Positions 20,068 through 28,647 of a stretch of DNA of 64,000 nt are shown here, one piece after another (positions within the stretch are counted from its first letter, which is position 1; each line of letters begins with the position of its first letter). The stretch spans positions 128,001-192,000 of the forward strand of contig CAVYRH010000010.1 in assembly GCA_963770835.1 (NCBI GenBank), read 5' to 3'. The notes below the pieces were generated by a model. That model had not been told where the DNA came from. It saw nothing but the letters and a program-made list of their open reading frames with translations, and ran no database searches. The DNA is from an uncultured Pseudomonadota bacterium (GTDB taxonomy: Bacteria; Oederibacteriota; Muellerivitia; Muellerivitales; Muellerivitaceae). Both the position numbers and the translations under genes were made by a program.

Positions 20068-21480
20068 TTGAAACCAGTCATTCTAATCGTTGATGATGAG
20101 GAAAGCGTTCGGGAGTCTTTCCGTTTAGCCCTTCAAGACGACTATAAACTTGTCTTCGCCGAAGACGCCAAATCCACCCTTCGAACCCTTAAAAGCCAGA
20201 GTTTTGACCTTTGCCTCTTGGATATCATGCTTCCGGATGGCTCGGGGATCGACTTGCTAAGGCAAGTCAAGCGCCGCGATGAATCCATCGACGTCATTAT
20301 GGTTACTGCCCTTACGGGTGTGGACACCGCTTTGGACGCCATGAAGTTGGGGGCTTACGATTACATAACAAAGCCTTATAAAATCAATGAATTGTACGAG
20401 CTGATCAAACGGGTTTTGGCCAAAAGGGCTTTGGAAAAAGAAAACCGGTTTTTACGGGAGGAAATAAGTGCAAAAAAGCCCATTTGCCTTATGGGAAACA
20501 GCAAAGTTGCCCAAGAATTAGGTAAAAAAATATCGAGCATCGCCAATGCCGGATTACCTGTTCTCCTCCAGGGAGAAATGGGAAGCGGCGTCGAAGAAAT
20601 TGCGCGCGAACTTCATGCCCAGGGTTTAAAGCGCGGAGGCCCTTTCATTACCGTGTCTTGCGCGTCATTTTCTAAGGCGCAGCTGGAAAGGGAACTATTC
20701 GGTGAGGAGGGGGATGATTCCAAGAATAAATCCCCCCAAATCGGAAAATTGGAATTCGCCGACGGAGGGACTTTGTTCCTCGATCAGGTGGACCGCCTCC
20801 CTGTGGAAATCCAGGACAAGCTGTGGAAGGTGTTTTCCGACAAAAAAATGTACCGATTGGGAAGCCAAGTGGCATTGCCGCTCGATGTCCATGTTATTGC
20901 CTCCACCGACTCCGATTTGACCGTCAACCTGGCCAAGGGCGTTTTCCGAAGGGATTTTTACCAATTTTTGAGAACTTCCTCCATTATTCTTCCATCTTTG
21001 CGGGAACGGCGGGAGGATATCCCGGACTTGGTGGATTATTTTCGGGAAGTGGCCAACCAAAAAACTAAAATTCCCGTGAAAACCATTCAAAAAGAGGCGA
21101 TTCAGTTTTTGACCCAGTACGCCTGGCCCGGAAATCTCAAGGAATTGGAAAACACTATTGAAATGATGGTATTGTTCGCCGGGAAGGAAACCTTAACCAT
21201 TGAGGATATCCCCTTGGATATCCTCGTCAAACAGATTGATTTGGCTCGAAATAAGGAAGAAGCAAAACTGTCGCTCAAGAGGGTCCGCCGACAGTTCGAG
21301 CGGCAGTATATTCGCAAGATCCTGGAGAGGACTCGGGGAAACCAAACACGGACCGCTGCCACCCTGGGATTACACCGGAATACCTTAATTTGGAAATTGA
21401 AAGAACTGAATCTCGAGGAAGACTATAAGCGGATTGTGAAAAAGCGCCGTGAGCGAGGAGTCGGCTTTCGGGATTTATAA
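20068..21480 (+). CDS. NtrC-like response regulator (REC-AAA+-Fis HTH) with degenerate ATPase and GAFTGA motifs
   Basis: ILIVDDE..LLDIMLP..KP receiver; ADGGTLFLD, LRERREDIP, WPGNLKEL; GNQTRTAATLGLHRNTL HTH. Confidence 0.9.
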   Translation: MKPVILIVDDEESVRESFRLALQDDYKLVFAEDAKSTLRTLKSQSFDLCLLDIMLPDGSGIDLLRQVKRRDESIDVIMVTALTGVDTALDAMKLGAYDYITKPYKINELYELIKRVLAKRALEKENRFLREEISAKKPICLMGNSKVAQELGKKISSIANAGLPVLLQGEMGSGVEEIARELHAQGLKRGGPFITVSCASFSKAQLERELFGEEGDDSKNKSPQIGKLEFADGGTLFLDQVDRLPVEIQDKLWKVFSDKKMYRLGSQVALPLDVHVIASTDSDLTVNLAKGVFRRDFYQFLRTSSIILPSLRERREDIPDLVDYFREVANQKTKIPVKTIQKEAIQFLTQYAWPGNLKELENTIEMMVLFAGKETLTIEDIPLDILVKQIDLARNKEEAKLSLKRVRRQFERQYIRKILERTRGNQTRTAATLGLHRNTLIWKLKELNLEEDYKRIVKKRRERGVGFRDL

Positions 21481-21580
21481 CCTCGCTTTCCGGGGTCATT
21501 TTCAGTTGGATTTACCCTTTTTTAAGAAACTGGGCCTGGTGCAAAAAGCTTTAAAAACCCTTTAAAAATGCAAAAATTCC

Positions 21581-21609
21581 TTGCCAAGTGCCATTTACTC
21601 TTGTATAAA
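21581..21609 (+). promoter_or_regulatory. Sigma70-type promoter for HU gene
   Basis: TTGCCA-17 nt-TATAAA, 32 nt before the start codon. Confidence 0.6.
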
Positions 21610-21641
21610 TAGGCCGGATTTCAAAATCCAGGAGGTGGACG

Positions 21642-21917
21642 TTGACCAAAAGTGAACTGCTGGGGACTTTGGCGAACGATACTGGCTTGAAAAAAAAGGA
21701 CGTGGACAATGTTCTTCAGGCCTTGAGAAGCACGATTTATAAGACTTTGAAGAAGGAATTCAAGATTAAGTTGGATGGGCTTGGAGTTTTCCAATTGAAG
21801 GATCGTAAAGCACGAATGGCCCGGAACCCCCGTACCGGTGAGATGGTTAATGTTCCGGCCAAGAAAGTCGTCAAGTTCCGCGTTTTGAAGGATCTAAAAG
21901 AAGCTGTTTTGTCTTAA
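21642..21917 (+). CDS. hup: DNA-binding protein HU
   Basis: MTKSEL, GLGVF, RKARMARNPRTGE..VPAKKVVKF; GGAGG RBS with TTG start. Confidence 0.95.
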   Translation: MTKSELLGTLANDTGLKKKDVDNVLQALRSTIYKTLKKEFKIKLDGLGVFQLKDRKARMARNPRTGEMVNVPAKKVVKFRVLKDLKEAVLS

Positions 21918-21945
21918 AACAATTGTCTTTCGCAGGTTAAACAAG

Positions 21946-21985
21946 AAGCACCCTGTTTTTAAATAAAACGGGGTGCTTTTTTTTT
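21946..21985 (+). terminator. Intrinsic terminator after hup
   Basis: AAGCACCCTGTTTT/AAAACGGGGTGCTT stem followed by a T-run. Confidence 0.85.
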
Positions 21986-22021
21986 CAGGGTAAGATCCTG
22001 TTCGATTGCCGGGAGAAAATC

Positions 22022-24304
22022 TTGCCGTTAAAGCCCCCCGTTCTTTTCAAAAAAATGAATTATCCCTTTGGTTTTCTGGTCCTTTTGTTATGGAGTTTTT
22101 TTGTTTTTGGTAAATTTTTCCCCGTTTTTATCCATCCGTGGGATCCGATCGAGACTGTCTTTGATTCAGGCCAGTTTTCAGCAATGGGATTCACGCAAAA
22201 GTTAAAGATTTGGGGGGGGTGCTTGACGACGGTCGCTGTGGGGATTTGGTGCGTTGGATCCCTTTGGAGTTGCGGGCGGTTCCTTCGGAAATGGATTTAT
22301 CTTCCGGCTGAAAATGAAGTTTTGGGATTCTGCCTCGAATTGGGATTGGGGTTCTTTTTTATCAATACCCTTTGGATGGGCTTGGGGCTTACCCGTCTTT
22401 GGTTTGAGCCCTTTTGGGTGGCAGGTGTCCTGATTCTCTCGGTTTTAATGACCAAAGACATCATGGAGATTCCCTGGGGAAAAATCAAATTCAACTTCCC
22501 CCTAAAACCACCCCCTGGTGTTCTATTGTTTTGCCTTGGAATCGGCTTTTTTTATTATGGTTTCCTGCTTCTGCACAGCTTCCTTCCCGAAACTTTTTAT
22601 GATTCCCTGAATTATTTTCTCGGCATGCCCCATTTTTGGCTTTTTCAACATGGAATTACCGATTACCCCACTCATCTTCTTTCAGGGTATTTCCACGGTG
22701 GATCGCTTTTTTACATGTATGCGTTTCTTTTAGGAGGAACGGAGGGGGCCAAGATATTAAGCGTTTTTGTGCTTGGGTTTAACGCCCTTTTCGCATTTGG
22801 CTGGGTAAAGGAAAAAGCGGGGGTTTTGGCGGGGGTAACGGCGGCTGTCGCGGTTACGACGTTTCCTTTAATTTATTTGAATGCTTGGGCGGCAAGGGTT
22901 GATGGGCTTTCCACTTTTATCGCGCTTCTTTTCTTTTTTTGCCTGGAAAAAGCTTGTATGGGTGAACCTGAAAAATGCCGGGGTGCGTGGATGGGAACCG
23001 CCGCCCTTTTCGCGGGTTTAGCCCTCTCTATCAAACCTACAGCAATCGTTGGAATCTTGGCCGCTTTTATGGGCGTTTTGCTCCAGGGATGGACCTTTCT
23101 ATTTCGGCGTAAATCCCTTTGGCTTGCCTTCCCAGGGTTTATCCTTTTGGAAACCGGACCTTGGCTCCTGAAAAACGCTGTTTTTACTGCTAATCCCTTT
23201 TTCCCTTATGCCATTTCATGGATGGGAGGCCGTTCTTTTCCGCTGGTCGGCTACGATCGGTTGCTGGGGGAAAACCGGCAATTTCTCCCAATGGACCATG
23301 GGTTTTTGTCCCTTTTGACCCTTCCATGGCGCTTGACCATGCCCCAAGCGGGGGATGGTCAGTGGATCGGACCACTTTTCCTGGCTTTCTTACCGGCGCT
23401 TTTCTTTCTTCAAACCAAGGATTTATCCCTCAAATTCCTTACGAAGACCGTCCTTTTGGGCTTTGTTTTAGGCCTTTATCTTTCACACATGCTTCGCTTT
23501 GTGATGCCATTTTTTGTTTTGTGTCTCCTTCTTTTTTCGGTCTTTTTCTTCGTACAAAAAGGTACCAGGTGGAAAACCCTTTGGATAACTTCAGTTTTGG
23601 CTAGCGCGATCCTATTTTTCGGAAATTATCTGGATTTAAGTGCCGCGCATTATGGCGGTTCTGGAATCTGGAGGGGATTGGAAACGAGGCAGGAATACCT
23701 GGACCAAGAACTTCCCAATTCTTACGAGCCGTTGGCCCGGTGGACGGATGAAAATTTACCCCAGGACGCGCGGCTTTTAATCGTGGGGGATTCGCGGGGC
23801 GTTTATTATGAACGCCCCTACTTCGCCCAGTCCGTTTTCGACGAGCCCTTTTTCGCCCGTGCGGCCCGGCGGGCCAAGGATGCCGGCGAAATTTCTCGGC
23901 AACTTCGGCAATTGGGGGTCACGCATTTGGCGGTCAATATCCCGGAGGGGTTGAGGGTTTCCAAAGAGTACCACCAGTACGAACTCAGTCCGGAGGAATG
24001 GGAAAGGCTGGATGACTTTTTCCGGTCGGGGTTAAAACCCATTTATTGGAGGAACTTTCAAGGTGTTTATGAGATAAAACCCCAAGGGAACGGATCGGCA
24101 AAGAACCCTGAAATCGATCCTTTTTCCTTTTTCTCTGCCCAGGCATATGATTTTGTCGAAAACTTCCAATTGAAAAATTTTCCCGGGGCCGAAGAGAACC
24201 TTTCCGAATTGTTAGTGCTTTTCCCGCAGGACGACTACTGGCGGAGCCAAAAAGCCCTTCTTCGGAAGGCCGAACGGGAATCCGCCTCGACAACCCGGAA
24301 TTGA
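22022..24304 (+). CDS. Polytopic membrane protein, GT-C/ArnT-PMT-like glycosyltransferase (paralogue 1)
   Basis: Many TMs; PETFYDSLNY loop, ALSIKPT, PWLLKN..TANPFFP, soluble C-terminal LPQDARLLIVGDSRGVYY. Confidence 0.7.
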   Translation: MPLKPPVLFKKMNYPFGFLVLLLWSFFVFGKFFPVFIHPWDPIETVFDSGQFSAMGFTQKLKIWGGCLTTVAVGIWCVGSLWSCGRFLRKWIYLPAENEVLGFCLELGLGFFFINTLWMGLGLTRLWFEPFWVAGVLILSVLMTKDIMEIPWGKIKFNFPLKPPPGVLLFCLGIGFFYYGFLLLHSFLPETFYDSLNYFLGMPHFWLFQHGITDYPTHLLSGYFHGGSLFYMYAFLLGGTEGAKILSVFVLGFNALFAFGWVKEKAGVLAGVTAAVAVTTFPLIYLNAWAARVDGLSTFIALLFFFCLEKACMGEPEKCRGAWMGTAALFAGLALSIKPTAIVGILAAFMGVLLQGWTFLFRRKSLWLAFPGFILLETGPWLLKNAVFTANPFFPYAISWMGGRSFPLVGYDRLLGENRQFLPMDHGFLSLLTLPWRLTMPQAGDGQWIGPLFLAFLPALFFLQTKDLSLKFLTKTVLLGFVLGLYLSHMLRFVMPFFVLCLLLFSVFFFVQKGTRWKTLWITSVLASAILFFGNYLDLSAAHYGGSGIWRGLETRQEYLDQELPNSYEPLARWTDENLPQDARLLIVGDSRGVYYERPYFAQSVFDEPFFARAARRAKDAGEISRQLRQLGVTHLAVNIPEGLRVSKEYHQYELSPEEWERLDDFFRSGLKPIYWRNFQGVYEIKPQGNGSAKNPEIDPFSFFSAQAYDFVENFQLKNFPGAEENLSELLVLFPQDDYWRSQKALLRKAERESASTTRN

Positions 24305-24311
24305 GGGCACT

Positions 24312-26582
24312 GTGAACCAAGACAGTCATCCGACGGTGGCGGAAAACCGCGGCGGGTTCATCTCTTTGGGGATTGGGCTGGGTTGGGCATCTTGGGTTTT
24401 CTTTAGTTATTTTCTTTCCAAAACCCATCCCTTGCTTCAGGCCTTGTCCTTTACGGCAAAACTGCTGGATACCGATTCCGCTCTCCCTTCTTCAGGCCAA
24501 AGGTTTTGGGAAATCCAATGGGAATCACTCCGGATATTATTAACCGCTTTCGGCATCTCGGGCGCCACATGGGTTCTGGGCCTTCGGATCCGACGATGGC
24601 TTTCCCTGGAACTGCCCGATCCTTGGGTCCGCTTTGCCTTTGATTTCGGTCTGGGGGTTTGTTTCTTAAACCTTTTTTGGATCGGAACCGGCCTGGCGGG
24701 GCTTTGGTACAAGCCCGTCTGGATGGCGGCGGGACTGCCGCTCCTCTTGCCCCTTGTGTTCGAAATTTTTTCGCTTTTCAAAAAAGGGATCCGCGGGTTT
24801 TTCCCAAAGGAGGCCAGCCTCACTTTTCTTTTCCTTGCGGGTGCCTTCTATTGGATTTTTACCGTCCTTCAAAACCTGGCGCCTGAAACCTTTTACGATT
24901 CGATGGTGTACCACCTGGCTGTGCCGTGCTATTGGTTTTTCCACCACGGCCTCGCGGATTTTCCGACGAATTTTTTTTCGAATTATCCCTACGGCGCCGA
25001 GCTTTATTTCCTGACCGGCTTGGCCTGGCAGGGAACAGAATGCGCCAAGATATTACACGCCGTTGCCACCGGCGTTTGCGCCCTGCTGGTGGGCGGTTGG
25101 GCGAGGGAAATAGGGGGTGCGAAGGCAGGCTGGCTGGCTTTGGGGTTCACCCTCACCCTGCCGCTCCTTACCGTCAATAGTTGGAGCACTGAAGTGGAGG
25201 GGTTCCTATCCCTTGCCGTCGTGCTTTTCATTTACGCCCTTAATCGTCTCGCGGTGGAAAAGACCCAGCCCATGGTTTGGGCTTTGGGGACGGGTCTTTT
25301 CGCGGGGCTGGCCCTTTCCACCAAATACACCGCATTTTTGGTCGTGGGAGGAGCCCTACTCGTTTTGGCTATTCAACGGATTCGTTTATTTAAAAGAGAA
25401 AATTGGAGGCTTTGGTTGGTCCTGGCATTGGCCAGTCTGCTCCTGATAAGCCCCTGGATTTTTAAAAACCTCATTTTTACTGGAAATCCCTTCTTCCCTT
25501 ACTTGATGGCCCATTTTCCGGGCCGGCATCTTCTCCCCGAGGGGTATGAACGCTTATTGCAGGAACAGCATGCCCGTGTGACCACCGACGGCTGGTCCTG
25601 GCTTTTATTGCCTTGGACCCTCACCATGGCCAACCCCGATAGTTATAACTTTTGTGGGCCCCTGGCCCTGGCATTAGTGCCCTTTCTCTTCATGTTCCGT
25701 CTTCGCCATCCGGCGTTACGGTTCCTGGCAGCCCTTATTCCGCTCCTCTTGGCCGCCGGTTTTGCGGTCACCCACATCCTTCGTTTCGTGCTTCCAGTCT
25801 TTGTCCTTTTGAATATCCTCGCCGGGTCGGTCTTGGCAGGAGGGGACAAGCCAAACTGTGGAAAGGGATGGGCTTGGGTCGGGGGCTTTTGCGCCATCTT
25901 TTGTTTCGTCTATCTAAGCGTAATCAGCTATTACTATTATTCCTGCGCTGGCATTTGGTCGGGAAAACAAACTAGGGCCGAATACCTCATGAGTCCGGGC
26001 AAAATAACGCCCTATTACGATACCGCCCAATGGATCAACCAGAACCTACCTCCGGAGGCTCGCCTGCTGGTCGTTGGGGACGCCCGCGGGCTTTATTACG
26101 ATAGGCCCTTCCTCACCAACAGTGTTTTTGACGAACAAGAATTATCAAAGGCGGCAAAGCAGGAAACGGCCCCTGGAGGGATCGCCCGACGTCTGAAGGA
26201 ACTGGGCGTAGATTACCTGGTGGTGAACGGGGCGGAAGGCATCCGCGTGGCTGTCGACTATCACCACTACGACCTGACTTCCGAACAATGGAAAAGGCTG
26301 GATGATTTCATCCAACAAGATACCGAGGTGGTTTACCAGCAGGGGCTCCAGGGGGTATACCGTATTCTTTCATCGCCAACCGCTTCCCACCGGGCCGAGA
26401 CACTTGATTTGATTTTGTTCTTTTCTAAACCTGCGTCGCAATTTGTCAAGGACGTCCAACGGCACCAATGGGGCGAGGCGGAGGAGAATTTGAACGAAGC
26501 TTTGAGTTTGTATCCTTTCTCGAAATTTTGGGAAGCGCAAAAAGACCAATTCGACCAATCGATGAAGGCTGTTGTTAATTGA
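24312..26582 (+). CDS. Polytopic membrane protein, GT-C/ArnT-PMT-like glycosyltransferase (paralogue 2)
   Basis: PETFYDSMVYHL, ALSTKYT, PWIFKN..TGNPFFP, LPPEARLLVVGDARGLYY; colinear with paralogue 1. Confidence 0.7.
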   Translation: MNQDSHPTVAENRGGFISLGIGLGWASWVFFSYFLSKTHPLLQALSFTAKLLDTDSALPSSGQRFWEIQWESLRILLTAFGISGATWVLGLRIRRWLSLELPDPWVRFAFDFGLGVCFLNLFWIGTGLAGLWYKPVWMAAGLPLLLPLVFEIFSLFKKGIRGFFPKEASLTFLFLAGAFYWIFTVLQNLAPETFYDSMVYHLAVPCYWFFHHGLADFPTNFFSNYPYGAELYFLTGLAWQGTECAKILHAVATGVCALLVGGWAREIGGAKAGWLALGFTLTLPLLTVNSWSTEVEGFLSLAVVLFIYALNRLAVEKTQPMVWALGTGLFAGLALSTKYTAFLVVGGALLVLAIQRIRLFKRENWRLWLVLALASLLLISPWIFKNLIFTGNPFFPYLMAHFPGRHLLPEGYERLLQEQHARVTTDGWSWLLLPWTLTMANPDSYNFCGPLALALVPFLFMFRLRHPALRFLAALIPLLLAAGFAVTHILRFVLPVFVLLNILAGSVLAGGDKPNCGKGWAWVGGFCAIFCFVYLSVISYYYYSCAGIWSGKQTRAEYLMSPGKITPYYDTAQWINQNLPPEARLLVVGDARGLYYDRPFLTNSVFDEQELSKAAKQETAPGGIARRLKELGVDYLVVNGAEGIRVAVDYHHYDLTSEQWKRLDDFIQQDTEVVYQQGLQGVYRILSSPTASHRAETLDLILFFSKPASQFVKDVQRHQWGEAEENLNEALSLYPFSKFWEAQKDQFDQSMKAVVN

Positions 26583-26616
26583 AGGTCCGGACAGAAATTT
26601 TTTAAAGGATGCCCGA

Positions 26617-28506
26617 ATGACCGATCGTATTCAAAAAACTTTATTGGCCCTTCTGATCCTTTGGGTGCCGCTGTCCTTTTTCGGGCGGGCGGCGGATGGC
26701 TTTACGCTCGCGAAAGAGCTGGTGGCCGCAATGGTCATTGCTTTTTTTGCGGTCCGAATCGCTTGGGAGGGCCGTTGGGTTTTTCGTCAGCCTTTAATAC
26801 AAGTTTCGCTGTTATTTGTTCTTTGGATGATTCTTGATTCCTTCGGTGTGGGCCTGCTGAAGATGGAAGTCCTGAAAGGGTCCGTCCATCTTCTCTTAAT
26901 AGCGGGAACCCTCTTGGCAGTGGTCTTCGCCTCTTCCCGAGGTTTTTCCTATGAGAAGGCTGTCCGTTATGCCCTCCTGGCCGGCGCCTTGACGGCCCTT
27001 TACGGGATCGCGCAAAGCCTGGGGGTGGACCGGGGAAATTGGACGACCCAATTTGAACGGCGGGCTTTCGCCACCCTGGGCAACCCGGACTACCTGGGGG
27101 GCTACTTGGCCGCCCTTCTCCCCATCTCCTTCATCTTCCTACTTCGTGATTTTGGCAAGAAAAGCGCCTGGCTTTGGCTGAACGCCACCTTACTCATGGG
27201 GGCGGCGATCTTCGCCACCCGCGTCCGGGGCGCCGAAGCGGCGGCCCTAGCAGGCTTTTTGTTCCTTGCAATCGTCCTATTTACACCCTGGGGAAGGGAA
27301 TTGGCCCGGCGGAACCGGCTTTTCCTTAGGGTCAGCCTAGCCCTAGTTTTATCCCTCGGGGGGATTTGGACAGCCCTTCATTGGCAGTCCTTCAGCCGGT
27401 CTCAAGTTTCGGTCCAACAACGCGTGGATACTTACAAGGTGGTTTGGGAGATCGTGAAGGACCATCCCTGGCTTGGCATCGGCTTGGGCCAACTGGGGGT
27501 GGAAGTTCCCCTCTATCAATCCAAGCCTTGGGCTCCCGGCGACTATTCAAGCCACCCCTATACCTATACCGAGCACGCTCATAATGAGTTCCTTCAGTTT
27601 TGGGCGGAAGGGGGCTTGCCCGGCCTTCTTCTATTTTTGGCCGTATTGGCGGCTTTCGCTTGGGTGGTAGGACGTTTTTTGAGGAACCCCGAATCGAAAA
27701 ATGAGGATAAGGAATTGTTGATGGGGGTGACGGGAGGCCTCGTCGCTTTGATGGTCCAGTCCGTAAGCAACTTCCCCCTCCAGGTGGCGCCTACGGCGGT
27801 CCTCTTCGGGCTTTTTCTGGCGGCGCCTTTGGCCCTAAGAAAGACCGCCCAAGTTCCCGCGCCTATTTCCGTTCCAGTAGCTCAAAGGGTTGTATTGGTC
27901 CTGGTTGCTTCCCTTACGGCCATCATTGGATTAAGGGCGGTGGGGGCTTCCATCGCTTTCCGTGACACGGTGGGGGAAAGCAATGTCGGGCATGGGCAAC
28001 TTGCGGCTGAATACGGAGCGCGGCTGGTCTCTTTCTCGCCCATGAACCCTAAGGCTTGGAACGCCTATGCCAAGGCCCTGGAAGTAGCGAAGCAACCCGA
28101 CCAGGCTTACCAGGCCTACCAAAAGGCCCTGGACTTGAATCCCAACTACGTCGAGAACATCTTACCGATGGCGGATATACGGGTCCAGCAAGGGCGGTTC
28201 GCCGAGGCCGTGGACCTGTGCCGGCAAGCCCTGGCCATAACCCCCAATTACGCCGCCATGCTCTGGCCCCTGGCCGTGAGCCAATTCGAACTGAAACAAT
28301 ACGACGAATCCGCCAAGGCCTTCGAAAACTATTTGGCTTACGTCCCGAACGACTTCCAAACCTATTTGAACCTGGGGGTTTGCTATATCCAATTGAAACG
28401 CAAGGCCGACGCCATCAATGTCTGGAAAAAAGCCTACTCCTTGAACCCCAGCGATCCGCAAGTGGTTCAATACTTGAAATCCCAAGGCGTGAATCCGACT
28501 CCTTAA
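26617..28506 (+). CDS. O-antigen ligase (Wzy_C) family protein with C-terminal TPRs
   Basis: ATLGNPDYLGGY, HPWLGIGLG, HAHNEFLQ; several TPR repeats. Confidence 0.85.
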   Translation: MTDRIQKTLLALLILWVPLSFFGRAADGFTLAKELVAAMVIAFFAVRIAWEGRWVFRQPLIQVSLLFVLWMILDSFGVGLLKMEVLKGSVHLLLIAGTLLAVVFASSRGFSYEKAVRYALLAGALTALYGIAQSLGVDRGNWTTQFERRAFATLGNPDYLGGYLAALLPISFIFLLRDFGKKSAWLWLNATLLMGAAIFATRVRGAEAAALAGFLFLAIVLFTPWGRELARRNRLFLRVSLALVLSLGGIWTALHWQSFSRSQVSVQQRVDTYKVVWEIVKDHPWLGIGLGQLGVEVPLYQSKPWAPGDYSSHPYTYTEHAHNEFLQFWAEGGLPGLLLFLAVLAAFAWVVGRFLRNPESKNEDKELLMGVTGGLVALMVQSVSNFPLQVAPTAVLFGLFLAAPLALRKTAQVPAPISVPVAQRVVLVLVASLTAIIGLRAVGASIAFRDTVGESNVGHGQLAAEYGARLVSFSPMNPKAWNAYAKALEVAKQPDQAYQAYQKALDLNPNYVENILPMADIRVQQGRFAEAVDLCRQALAITPNYAAMLWPLAVSQFELKQYDESAKAFENYLAYVPNDFQTYLNLGVCYIQLKRKADAINVWKKAYSLNPSDPQVVQYLKSQGVNPTP

Positions 28507-28647
28507 CCGGAAGCGGTGGAGCTCCAAAACCCGACAAAAATAACGCCTTTGTCCTGAAAAGTTGTTTTCCCTCCACCCCAATGTTAAATTAAATGGAAGA
28601 AAGGGTGTTTTTCGGCTTTGGCCGGGGAATGCTATGAAGGTTTCGCC

